A model generated the notes under the pieces. That model saw only the letters and a list, made by a program, of their open reading frames with translations, was not told where the DNA came from and ran no database searches. A stretch of DNA of 32,000 nucleotides. It comes from Candidatus Altimarinota bacterium. GTDB taxonomy: Bacteria; Patescibacteriota; Gracilibacteria; UBA1369. Positions within the stretch are counted from its first letter, which is position 1, and each line of letters starts with the position of its first letter. Both the position numbers and the translations under genes were made by a program. Shown piece by piece: positions 9,091-18,404 of this stretch. Where the stretch lies: the NCBI GenBank assembly GCA_041659405.1, contig JBAZYK010000004.1, positions 60,001 through 92,000 on the forward strand. The letters are read 5' to 3'.

Positions 9091-10725
9091 ATGAAAACGT
9101 CTTCAAAAATCGTTAAATGGTTAAGCGCAGCCTTGATCATTTTTAACCTATCGTCTTTTGCTGTAGCGCAGGCAATTGTGCCACCAATTAAAATACAGCC
9201 ATACATCAGTACTGCCAAAACTCAGTGGCCCATATATTTTCCATACGCGAACACTAATACTTTTAGTTTTAATTATGGAGGTATCGGCAGCAGTGCGGTA
9301 ATCAATGCCAACGTTCTTGATTCCAACAATGCAGTTAAAAAAACTTGGCAATTTTTAGGAAAAAACATGGGAACATCCGGAACTCAAAGTTTTGTTTGGG
9401 ACGGTAAGGGGTCAAATAATGCGGTTATCCCCGAGGGTGATTACACATTAAAAGTAAGCGGATTTAATGACGCGGCAACCACACTTGGTCCAATTTCCGT
9501 TGCTTTCAGCACTTCTTGGGCTTCTGTAGCTACAGTGTCAGTTTCAAAAGATCCCTACAATCCGGATAAGGATGGATCTTTAAATCTTACATATACCGTT
9601 TTTGGACCTCAAAACGAAAAAATTAATATTTCAATAGTTCCGGATCCAAACCCAAATAATCTTCTTTACGCATCTTATCAAGATTATACTGCAGTAGCCA
9701 ATAAGCCAACAAACATTGTTTGGGCCCCGGCTGCTGGTATTCCGGACGGAACTTACAGAATATATTTTGCCATTGTTGGACAAATGGCAAGATCAACTAC
9801 CTTCCAAATTGCTCGAACACCGGGCTTGGGTGTGCCAACAATGAGCCCGGCAGGCGATTACAATCCAACATTTGGTAATGTGGAATTTACTTCAAACCTG
9901 GTCAATGTAACAACAGCTGCAACTGTAAATGCCGGAGTTTATATTAATAATGACCCTGTAAAAACCTGGACCCTTATAAATCAAACCAATGGCACGGAAA
10001 AATTCACCTGGGACGGAAAAAATGTTTCCAATTATGTTGCAAATGGCCAATACGTATTCAAGGTTTGGGGAACGGCAGATAACGGGAATATGGCTATTCA
10101 GCAATTAACTTTCGTTGTGAATATTCCTGCGGATCCAAATCCAATTCCAAATCCACCGGTTGCCAATCCTTGCGCCGGTTTTCCTGATGTAGACGCGGCA
10201 AGCGTAGATTGTCCGGCTATCACTTACGCAAAAAGTATTGGTGCAATCACCGGAACAGGTAATGGAAACTTTGATCCAAGTGGTAATCTCCAACGTGATC
10301 AGATCGCCAAAATCGCTCTTACAACTTTTAAATTATTTAACGCAAACGTAACTTACTGTCTAAGTAATCCATTCTCGGATGTGACAAACAAAGAATGGTC
10401 ATATCAATATATTTGTTTGGGTAAATCTTTGGGAGTTATTACGGGTTATCTTTCCGGCGCGGATGCGGGTAAATACGTTCCTGCACGTTCGGTAAACCGT
10501 GTTGAGTTTTTGGCACTCTTGTTAAGAAATTTAAAGGAACAAATGCCTGCAAATGATGTTTCGTCATATGCGGATGTTCCAGTAGGTCAGTGGTACACAG
10601 GCTATGCAAAATACTCTTTCGATCACAGTTTATTCTCCGGAAATTCTTTATATCCAAACAACATAGTTACCAGAGTTGAAGTTGCAAAAGTTCTTTATCA
10701 ATTACACAATTTGGGCAAGATTTAA
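9091..10725 (+). CDS. Secreted protein with FlgD-like Ig domains and SLH domains
   Basis: Signal peptide-like N-terminus LSAALIIFNLSSFAVAQA; QSFVWDGKGSNNAVIPEGDYTLKVSG and EKFTWDGKNVSNYVANGQYVFKVWG; C-terminal SLH repeats. Confidence 0.85.
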   Translation: MKTSSKIVKWLSAALIIFNLSSFAVAQAIVPPIKIQPYISTAKTQWPIYFPYANTNTFSFNYGGIGSSAVINANVLDSNNAVKKTWQFLGKNMGTSGTQSFVWDGKGSNNAVIPEGDYTLKVSGFNDAATTLGPISVAFSTSWASVATVSVSKDPYNPDKDGSLNLTYTVFGPQNEKINISIVPDPNPNNLLYASYQDYTAVANKPTNIVWAPAAGIPDGTYRIYFAIVGQMARSTTFQIARTPGLGVPTMSPAGDYNPTFGNVEFTSNLVNVTTAATVNAGVYINNDPVKTWTLINQTNGTEKFTWDGKNVSNYVANGQYVFKVWGTADNGNMAIQQLTFVVNIPADPNPIPNPPVANPCAGFPDVDAASVDCPAITYAKSIGAITGTGNGNFDPSGNLQRDQIAKIALTTFKLFNANVTYCLSNPFSDVTNKEWSYQYICLGKSLGVITGYLSGADAGKYVPARSVNRVEFLALLLRNLKEQMPANDVSSYADVPVGQWYTGYAKYSFDHSLFSGNSLYPNNIVTRVEVAKVLYQLHNLGKI

Positions 10726-10799
10726 GCAAAAATCAGGTAAGACCAAATGGCGAACACGCCTTGCGCACATGCAAAACAATTAAAATTTAACCACTCTTT

Positions 10800-11825
10800 A
10801 TGATGAATCAACTGGCCCAAAAAATTTACAATTCAATCTTACAGGCAGGTTATAAATTCCTAGCGATCCTTGGAATACTGGCTATCCTAGCGCCGGCAAC
10901 CGCGCAGGCTGTAATTCCGGTAATCATTATTCCCGCACAAATTCCGGGTTACAATCCTATAGTTCAAAATTTAGTGGCAACCCCCGACCCCTTTGTTTTG
11001 GGAGTGGGACAAGTTAAATTTGAATACAAAATCAGCATAGCCGCCGCCGTCAACGTTACTACGACAATTTATGCCAAAGCTGCGCCAAATATCGCTGTTA
11101 TGACATGGAAGGGCGTAAATAATTCAGGTGTAAACAGCGTTGTTTGGGATGGTTTGGACGATACATTTCATAAGTTTGTAGCTGCAGGCGATTACCAATT
11201 CAAAATTGCAGTGGCTGCTCCGGCAGAAACTCAAACTCTGGATTTTAAAGTTCAGATCAATAACTGCGTGGGATTCAGCGACATTAAAACTACCGATAAA
11301 GATTGCAAAGCGGTGGAATATGTAAAAAATCTTGGTGTAATGACCGGTAATCCGGATGGAACTTTCACTCCGGATTCAAACCTTCAACGTGATCAAATAG
11401 CCAAAATCGTACTCAATACTTTCAAACTTTTTGATCCAAAGCAGGACTATTGTTTAAGCAATAATCCATTCCCGGATGTAACTTCAAATGACTGGGCATA
11501 CCAATACATTTGTCGTGGAAAAGCCCTAAAAATCATCACCGGCTATCTTTCCGGAGTTGAAGCGGGTCTTTACCTTCCGGCAAAATCCGTAAATCGCGTT
11601 GAATTCTTGGCTTTGGTTTTAAGAAATCTGCCAAACAATGCAATTCCGCCAATCACAAGTTCTTCGTATACAGACGTGCAGCCGGGCCTTTGGTACAGCG
11701 GCTACGCCAAATATGCGCAAAACCACAATCTGTTCACAGACTCAAAAATGTACCCCGATAACGCCATGTTAAGGCGCGAAGTAGCCCGCGCACTTTACAC
11801 ATTGCATAACGAAGGGGAGCTGTAA
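10800..11825 (+). CDS. Secreted protein with FlgD-like Ig domain and SLH domains, paralog of the preceding gene
   Basis: Signal peptide-like N-terminus; VNSVVWDGLDDTFHKFVAAGDYQFKIAVAA; SLH region closely resembles the 9091..10725 product (e.g. NLQRDQIAKI...KSVNRVEFLALVLRNL). Confidence 0.85.
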   Translation: MMNQLAQKIYNSILQAGYKFLAILGILAILAPATAQAVIPVIIIPAQIPGYNPIVQNLVATPDPFVLGVGQVKFEYKISIAAAVNVTTTIYAKAAPNIAVMTWKGVNNSGVNSVVWDGLDDTFHKFVAAGDYQFKIAVAAPAETQTLDFKVQINNCVGFSDIKTTDKDCKAVEYVKNLGVMTGNPDGTFTPDSNLQRDQIAKIVLNTFKLFDPKQDYCLSNNPFPDVTSNDWAYQYICRGKALKIITGYLSGVEAGLYLPAKSVNRVEFLALVLRNLPNNAIPPITSSSYTDVQPGLWYSGYAKYAQNHNLFTDSKMYPDNAMLRREVARALYTLHNEGEL

Positions 11826-11836
11826 TTATTTGCACT

Positions 11837-11974
11837 ATGGAATATAACAAAATCGTTCTGCCGCCTCTTCAAACCAAAGAAGAATTTTCAGATGAACTGG
11901 AAGCTGCAGAACGTGATTGGCAAAAAAACGGAGGCCTTACTCTAAAGAAAATATCGCAAAAATATAAACTTTAA
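11837..11974 (+). CDS. Small hypothetical protein (45 aa)
   Basis: MEYNKIVLPPLQTKEEFSDELEAAERDWQKNGGLTLKKISQKYKL, read directly. Charged and plausible as an antitoxin-like fragment, but unproven. Overlaps the stop of the convergent gene by 4 nt. Confidence 0.4.
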   Translation: MEYNKIVLPPLQTKEEFSDELEAAERDWQKNGGLTLKKISQKYKL

Positions 11975-13659
11975 TAAATCAGTTTTAAATAGCAACTGTT
12001 GCAATAAACAGGCCTTTCATCGGCATAAGTTGTCTGTATTTTTGTTTTGCATTGATGACAATTCCGTTCCAAAAGTCTGCGGGGATTCAATTGCCCTTCC
12101 CTGGTTTTATGCCTGCAATCAGAGCATTTTCGTGGGATAGGAAGCTGCAATTTACGATAGAATTTTAATTCTTGAGGGATGATTTTATAGTTTTTACCGC
12201 AATCTTCGCACGCCAAAATTTCCTGAGTAATCGAGTCCGGAACTGTCTGAATTTGATCGGGGATTGCGATTTTAGAAGGTTGATATTCCTTTAAATCCGG
12301 CTCAACCCAATGCAATCCTTTTGCTAAAGTGGCGTTTTTATCGAGTGGAAAATAATCCTGTGCGATGGTTTCGTTATAGGCAAAAGGGCTTATTTGAGAG
12401 GGGAAAAAGTCGCCCCATTCCTCCGCGCTCACACCATCCGCCGTGTGCTGGCTTTTCCGCATCTGCTCAATGATTTTTGGCACAAGCTTATTGTATTCCT
12501 CCTCGGAATATTGCTTGTTCAAAATGCAAAATTTCTTATGTTTAAGGCCAACACAACCAAAACAATGGTCGGAATAAAAAGTTTCAAAACTATAATAAAC
12601 ATCATGGATATTCCAACTGTGAATTACATTAAAACAATTGAATGCATCTACGGCGCTCATGCAATTATAAAGAAGTTCCCCTTTTGAATAATTGATATCT
12701 TGGCAGTCCTTAGCGCCAGCCGGAATATTCCAGCAATAAGCACAATCTTCAATTCCATCCGCATGGTAGCAATGGTCGGAATTTTTAGAGTTTCTTAAAT
12801 AATCTCCGCTGCAATTTTCACAATTAACCATTTGGCTGGCCACATGAGGAAACGGGGCAAAGAAATCTTTAGTTTTTAGTTCCATTTTTTGCAATTCCCC
12901 GCGTCCGGATTGCAGGTTTTTTAAAAAGTCTTCATATTCACTTTTCGAAACCGGCTGATTAAAAATGTGATATTGCTTGTTCCTTAAGCCAAAACAACCA
13001 ATACAATTTTGGCAACCCCTGCAATCGTTACAAAAATAAAGATCAGAACTGTTCCCGGAATCTTTACAGAAAATCGATCCATACAAATTGTCACATTCAA
13101 CGCATTCATAGCAAAGTTCGCAGCGTGAACAGCCGTAACAATCAACGCAATCACGCGAAAAATTTGTCCAAAAACAATAATGGCAACTTTCACTATAGCC
13201 ACCCGAAACGCACATGTAAGAATTCTTAAAAGCGATGGAATAAGGGCAAAAATCACTATTTTCACTCTTGTCCGAAACCATCATCGCAAAATGCGGAACC
13301 GCTTTTAAAAGCTCATCAAATTGCGCAAAAAATGGCTTGCTCAAGTCGTAATCTTGCCCGTATTGCATGGGGTCCCAGTCGTCACTCCACCACGCTTTTG
13401 ATTCATAAACTTTATAAGGCGAATTAGCCGGATAAAAAGAGATAATATCTTTATTGGTTAAGTCACATTTTCTTTTATAAAAAGTCCGTTCATTGCGAAA
13501 ACTTAAGCGCCTCTGTTGCCTGCAATCAGGGCACATCTTTAATAGCAGCGGATATTTTTTGCCATTAAAAATTGGCGCAATTCTTTCAAAAAAATCCAAA
13601 TCTTTTTGTGAAAGCTCAAAATTTTTGTGACACTCTTTGCACTCAGCAATCACAGGCAA
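11971..13659 (-). CDS. Cys-rich double zinc-ribbon/Cys-laddered repeat protein, paralog 1 of 7
   Basis: 562 aa; CKECHKNFELSQKDLDFFERIAPIF...CPDCRQQRRLSFRNERTFYKRKCDL; two CFGCxGLxxKxxxIxNKxxSxxEY motifs; C-terminal CEDCGKNYKIIPQEL...CSDCRHKTR...CHQCK. Confidence 0.85.
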   Translation of the reverse strand: MPVIAECKECHKNFELSQKDLDFFERIAPIFNGKKYPLLLKMCPDCRQQRRLSFRNERTFYKRKCDLTNKDIISFYPANSPYKVYESKAWWSDDWDPMQYGQDYDLSKPFFAQFDELLKAVPHFAMMVSDKSENSDFCPYSIAFKNSYMCVSGGYSESCHYCFWTNFSRDCVDCYGCSRCELCYECVECDNLYGSIFCKDSGNSSDLYFCNDCRGCQNCIGCFGLRNKQYHIFNQPVSKSEYEDFLKNLQSGRGELQKMELKTKDFFAPFPHVASQMVNCENCSGDYLRNSKNSDHCYHADGIEDCAYCWNIPAGAKDCQDINYSKGELLYNCMSAVDAFNCFNVIHSWNIHDVYYSFETFYSDHCFGCVGLKHKKFCILNKQYSEEEYNKLVPKIIEQMRKSQHTADGVSAEEWGDFFPSQISPFAYNETIAQDYFPLDKNATLAKGLHWVEPDLKEYQPSKIAIPDQIQTVPDSITQEILACEDCGKNYKIIPQELKFYRKLQLPIPRKCSDCRHKTREGQLNPRRLLERNCHQCKTKIQTTYADERPVYCNSCYLKLIY

Positions 13660-13672
13660 GATAATAAATAAA

Positions 13673-15910
13673 TTAAATCAGCGGCACCTCAAAATCTTCC
13701 GCCTGTTGAATCACGTTGTTGGTCTGCGGCAAAGGTTCATCCAGCTTTCCTTCATCCCAACGTTTCAAATTTTCTTCAACCTTTTCACGAGGGTTGCAAT
13801 ACTTTTTGCGTGAAGCTTCAATAATTTGTCTGGTGTAATCAACTTCCGGAAATTTCATATCCAGAGTTCGCCCGGAAAAGGCTTCTGTAAGCTCTCCATT
13901 GATTGACATTTTTAAATAAAATTCACGAACGCCAAGGTTAATAATATCGCGAATATTGAAAATTGGCGTGTATTCACCTTCCAGAATCACCGCATCTTCC
14001 GCTCCAACTCTAAAACTAATCATGGAACCGACGTTACCAAAAACCGTTTTACGAATCATCTCACTCAGCTGCCCAATATATTGATGCGCAATGGTCATGC
14101 ACAAGCGATATTTACGGGCTTCGGACATGATTTCGGAAAAGGTATCTGTGGCAAAGTTTTGGAATTCATCCACATAGAAATAAAAATCTTTGCGATCTTC
14201 TTCGCGCATATCCGCGCGGGACATCGCCGCCTGATAAATTTTTGTGATAATCATCGAACCGATCAACTGCGCGTTTTCCTCACCCAGCAGACCTTTAGAG
14301 ACCTTCATCAAAAGGATTTTTTGACCGTCCATAATATCGCGAATATTAAAACTGTTCTTCGGCTGGCCGATAATATTACGAATCATATTTGTGGAAACCA
14401 GCTGTCCAACTTTATTGAGCAGTGGAGTAATGGCTTCAGAATCGAACTTTTCACTCCATCCGGCAAATTCATTTACCCAGAAATTTTTCACCACCGAATC
14501 CTCGATCCTGGACACAATCGACTGACGATAATTCTTATCCGAAAGCATTTTTAAAATCGAAAGCACAGTCGTGTTTGGCGAGTCCAGAAGCGCCAAAGTC
14601 ACATAACGCAAAACGTGTTCCAGACGGTCTGACCAGTTATTTCCAAACAGTTTTTTAAAGATTTGAATAAAACCAATTGTAATCTGCATTTTGTATTTTT
14701 CGTCGACTTTTTCCAATGGATTAAAAGCGATGGGGAACTCCGTATCGGCAGGATCAAAATAAATTACATCATTGATGCGATTTTCCGGAATCATGCGTAA
14801 AATGTTGTCTACAAGGTCTCCGTGCGGATCAAGCACGCAAATTCCCTTACCGGAATGAATATCCGAATGGATCAAAAGTTCCAAAGCTTTCGATTTGCCA
14901 ACACCGCTTTTCCCCACAACGTACAAATGTCTGCGGCGATCTTCACGCTTCAAGCCAAATTTTTGAAAATTGTTATGATAATTCGTAATTCCAAACATGG
15001 AAATGTCATCACCATGGGTCGGTAAATCTTTTGGAGGTTCGTGTTTTTTGGCTAACACATGCACAACATGAGGCACGTGATCGGCATTCGGCAAATGGAA
15101 AAAAGTTGCCAATTCATGAGTGCTTACCATTCCCGGATTGGTCATATGTCGCTTCTTGTACTCATTCAAAAACGACTGTCCGCTTTTTACGCGCTCCATT
15201 TCAAAACCATTCGCGTCGGTTTTGTTGAATTGATAAAAGGCTTTTGCAAGCGCCTGGAGTGTTCTGTCAGCCTCGGATTCTTCTGTCGAAACAGCACCAA
15301 TTCGAATTTGAATTTCAAAAGGTTCGTGCTCTGTTTTATGCACAAAAGACTCATTTTCTTCTTTGAAATAGGTTTTTTTATCCTTCAAACGAACGTAATT
15401 CTTAAGTCTGAAGTTCCGTCTAAAATTGTTAAATTTCATCTTCCATCTGCGCACAAAATGATATTTCCAGTTGTCGTCTTTTGGTGAAACCAAAATCTGG
15501 ATCCAGGAATAATCCTGGCGTTTCATCTTGGAAATAACCGCAAAAACACCGGAAAGAGAGTCATTTTCAAAATGACTGTAATCCACAAAAGGATAAATAT
15601 CGCTCATTCTAAAGCTCAAACTCGTTCCTTTTAGAACGTGCTTGGTTGGATCATAAAATTCGGTGTAATCTTTATAAGGACGGATTTCACAGTCCGGAAA
15701 AGTCGCATAGAGTAGACCTTCAATCAATTTTACATTGCCGGATTCGCAGCCAATAAAAAAGTAGGTGTATTCATTATACCCCAGCATTTCAAACGAAAAA
15801 TGGCCATGGTGAGCCGATTTATGCAGGTTATCCAAAAAATTCAGGAAGAGACCTTCTTTTTTTGGATTATCCGGTGTTCCCTGCGGTATGACAACATGTA
15901 AATATTCCAT
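13673..15910 (-). CDS. Type IV secretion/conjugation-like DNA-binding ATPase (VirD4/TraD/HerA-like)
   Basis: 745 aa; Walker A VVGKSGVGKSKALE; GICVLDPHGDLVDNIL; Walker B-like DFYFYVDEFQNF followed by SEARKYRLCMTIAHQYIGQL. Confidence 0.85.
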   Translation of the reverse strand: MEYLHVVIPQGTPDNPKKEGLFLNFLDNLHKSAHHGHFSFEMLGYNEYTYFFIGCESGNVKLIEGLLYATFPDCEIRPYKDYTEFYDPTKHVLKGTSLSFRMSDIYPFVDYSHFENDSLSGVFAVISKMKRQDYSWIQILVSPKDDNWKYHFVRRWKMKFNNFRRNFRLKNYVRLKDKKTYFKEENESFVHKTEHEPFEIQIRIGAVSTEESEADRTLQALAKAFYQFNKTDANGFEMERVKSGQSFLNEYKKRHMTNPGMVSTHELATFFHLPNADHVPHVVHVLAKKHEPPKDLPTHGDDISMFGITNYHNNFQKFGLKREDRRRHLYVVGKSGVGKSKALELLIHSDIHSGKGICVLDPHGDLVDNILRMIPENRINDVIYFDPADTEFPIAFNPLEKVDEKYKMQITIGFIQIFKKLFGNNWSDRLEHVLRYVTLALLDSPNTTVLSILKMLSDKNYRQSIVSRIEDSVVKNFWVNEFAGWSEKFDSEAITPLLNKVGQLVSTNMIRNIIGQPKNSFNIRDIMDGQKILLMKVSKGLLGEENAQLIGSMIITKIYQAAMSRADMREEDRKDFYFYVDEFQNFATDTFSEIMSEARKYRLCMTIAHQYIGQLSEMIRKTVFGNVGSMISFRVGAEDAVILEGEYTPIFNIRDIINLGVREFYLKMSINGELTEAFSGRTLDMKFPEVDYTRQIIEASRKKYCNPREKVEENLKRWDEGKLDEPLPQTNNVIQQAEDFEVPLI

Positions 15911-16085
15911 TGCTATAGCTGCTATTCAGAGTTTAATTATAGCAGGAAAACGCCTAAAATGCAACCGTCAAGTGGCCTGCCCTGAGGCAAAAACGGATCT
16001 AAATCATCTGATCAACAAAAATTTAGCAAAAATTTATGATTTGTTAATGTGCTTAGTGTATTTTGATATTGTTTCAATAAAACAA

Positions 16086-16131
16086 CATATATGATAAGAT
16101 ATACGGTGGAATATATAATCTATCATATATG
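16086..16131. promoter_or_regulatory. Perfect 11-bp inverted repeat, probable TA autoregulatory operator
   Basis: catatatgata at 16086-16096 and its exact reverse complement tatcatatatg at 16121-16131; the right arm covers the ATG of the antitoxin ORF. Confidence 0.65.
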
Positions 16132-16377
16132 AAATCAATAATTACCACTACCCAGGTGCAACAAAAAATTGGCAAAATATCGGAAGAAATAGTGGAAAAC
16201 AGCTATGTCGTCACCAACAGGGGAATGGCAAAAATTGTCATGCTCCCATATTTTGATGGTTGTGATGATTTTATCGATGATTACATGGAAGAATTCGAGA
16301 TACTTAAAAACAGAACAAAATTGCAAAAAGAACTTAAGGAATCACTTAAGTCCGGTAAAAGCTCTCTCCAAATATGA
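16129..16377 (+). CDS. Type II toxin-antitoxin antitoxin, Phd/YefM-like
   Basis: 82 aa; ITTTQVQQKIGKISEEIVENSYVVTNRGMAKIVMLPY pattern; overlaps the downstream RelE-like ORF by ATGA. Confidence 0.75.
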   Translation: MKSIITTTQVQQKIGKISEEIVENSYVVTNRGMAKIVMLPYFDGCDDFIDDYMEEFEILKNRTKLQKELKESLKSGKSSLQI

Positions 16378-16643
16378 ACACTTTTGTTTTTACAAAAAGC
16401 GCCCAGAAGCAGTTTTTAAGCATTTCATCTTTGGCTCAAACCCAAATAAAAGCAAAACTTGGACTGCTTAAAAATTATCCGGACATTATAAAAATAATGA
16501 AGCCCCTTCATAATTTGGAACCGGCCACACATCGCTTAAGAATCGGCGCTTATCGATTATTGCTTTGCCTAAAATCAAGCCATCAAAATGACCAAGAGTT
16601 TTGGATCCTCAAAATCGGACATCGAAAAGATGTTTATAAATAG
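16374..16643 (+). CDS. Type II toxin-antitoxin toxin, RelE/ParE-like
   Basis: 89 aa; FTKSAQKQFLSISS...MKPLHNLEPATHRLRIGAYRLLLCLK...FWILKIGHRKDVYK, typical RelE-fold order with terminal IGHRxDVY. Confidence 0.88.
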   Translation: MNTFVFTKSAQKQFLSISSLAQTQIKAKLGLLKNYPDIIKIMKPLHNLEPATHRLRIGAYRLLLCLKSSHQNDQEFWILKIGHRKDVYK

Positions 16644-16664
16644 TTACTTTTAACTCGAAGAAAT

Positions 16665-18356
16665 TTAATAAACCGCTTCCAAATAACACTTTTCGCAATA
16701 AATAATTTCGGGCCTTTCCGGCGCATAAGTTGTTTTCAAATCCACGCCACATTTTGCGCAATTTCTATTCCAAAGTTTGCGAGGATTTATTAAAGCTTTT
16801 CGGGAATAATGCCTGCAGTCAGGGCAAAGTTTTGGCACAGGAACGCCCAATTTTCTATATAATTCCAATTCCTGGGAAATAACTTTGTAAGGATTGCCAT
16901 CTTTTTCGCAGATAAGCGCCGAGTTTAAAATATCATCATTAATTTCTTTGATTGTGCCCTTATCATTTAGTGCAAAAGTTTTTTGAGCAGCGATTTTTGG
17001 CTTAAGATAGTCATTCCAGTTAAACCCCTTGGCAATTGCCTCTTCCCGACTTAGTGGAAAATATTCCTGAGCCAACGTGTCATTATAGCCATAAGGCGAC
17101 ATTTGTTGCGGGTAAAATTCTCCCCACTCACCATTTTTTTTCATGTGTTCAATAATTTTTGGTAACAGTTCCTCGTATTGTTCTTTGGAATATTGCCTGT
17201 TCAAAATGCAATACTGCTTATGTCTAAGCCCAATACAGCCAAATAAATTCTGGGAACTAAAACAATAATCGCTATAAAATAAATCACTACATCCCAGGGA
17301 ACATTTAATACAAAATTTGGAATTATTTGTTAGGTATACGCCAACACATCCATACAAAAAAGTGGAATCCATGCCTGAGTTAAAGCAATCTTGGCTGTTT
17401 TGCATCATGCCGTCCCAAACATACTTAAGCCCTTCCGACATCATGACATCAAAACAAAATTTGCAGTTTTTTGATTGCATAATGTAGTCCCCAACGCAAT
17501 CTTCAGAAGCCAAAAGATGTGAATATAGCCGCGGTATTTTTTTTGAAATTTCCGAAACTTTTTCTTTAGTTTTTTTAATGTTTTCGTTTGAAAAAACAAA
17601 AGTTTTCATAAACTCCTGATACTCTTCTTTTGTTTTCTGCTCATTGAAAATGCAATATTGTTTATGCCTAAGGCCTACGCATCCAAAACAATCCGTACAA
17701 CTCTGACAATCATCACAGAAAAAACATTCATTTAGATTTTGGCTGTTCATAGACCAAAAACTGCGATAAGAGTTGGAAACTTTTACACATTCATAAGATA
17801 ATTCACATTCAAAACACCAAAACATATCCATGCAGTCCCGACTGGTTAGGCCAAACGTGTTGCAGTAATGACAATTTTCGGCTTGTTCGCTGTTAAAACA
17901 AAGATAACAATTTTTAAGATCATTAGTGTCATTGCAGTATTCGCTGGTTTCATTATTGCGATTTTGCAGGTTGATCGAAGGGACTTTTTTGAGTAGCTCC
18001 TCGAATTGGTCAAAAAATGGCCTGTTAAAGTCAAAATCTTTTCCATAAGTTAAAGGATCCCACTTGTCCGACCACCAGACAGCCTGATCATAAACCGGAT
18101 TTTTAAAAGTTGGAGGATAAACCGAAATAATATCCTTACCCGAAAAATCACATTTGCGCTTATATAAAACCCTTTCATTCCTAAAAGCCGTCAGGCGCTG
18201 CATTCTGCATTTGGGACAAATAACCGGCGCTGGCAATATATATTTTACGCCTTTAATAACAGGAGAAATCTTATCGTAAAATTCCAAATCTTCATTAGCG
18301 ATTTCAAAACTTTTCTGACAAATTTTGCAGTTTTTTATTTCTGACATATAGCCCAT
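16665..18356 (-). CDS. Cys-rich double zinc-ribbon/Cys-laddered repeat protein, paralog 2 of 7
   Basis: 563 aa; same architecture as the 11971..13659 product; ends ERPEIIYCEKCYLEAVY. Confidence 0.85.
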   Translation of the reverse strand: MGYMSEIKNCKICQKSFEIANEDLEFYDKISPVIKGVKYILPAPVICPKCRMQRLTAFRNERVLYKRKCDFSGKDIISVYPPTFKNPVYDQAVWWSDKWDPLTYGKDFDFNRPFFDQFEELLKKVPSINLQNRNNETSEYCNDTNDLKNCYLCFNSEQAENCHYCNTFGLTSRDCMDMFWCFECELSYECVKVSNSYRSFWSMNSQNLNECFFCDDCQSCTDCFGCVGLRHKQYCIFNEQKTKEEYQEFMKTFVFSNENIKKTKEKVSEISKKIPRLYSHLLASEDCVGDYIMQSKNCKFCFDVMMSEGLKYVWDGMMQNSQDCFNSGMDSTFLYGCVGVYLTNNSKFCIKCSLGCSDLFYSDYCFSSQNLFGCIGLRHKQYCILNRQYSKEQYEELLPKIIEHMKKNGEWGEFYPQQMSPYGYNDTLAQEYFPLSREEAIAKGFNWNDYLKPKIAAQKTFALNDKGTIKEINDDILNSALICEKDGNPYKVISQELELYRKLGVPVPKLCPDCRHYSRKALINPRKLWNRNCAKCGVDLKTTYAPERPEIIYCEKCYLEAVY

Positions 18357-18404
18357 AAAATACGGTCGAATTCTGAAACTTTATCGCCACATTTGCAAGG
18401 GGTT

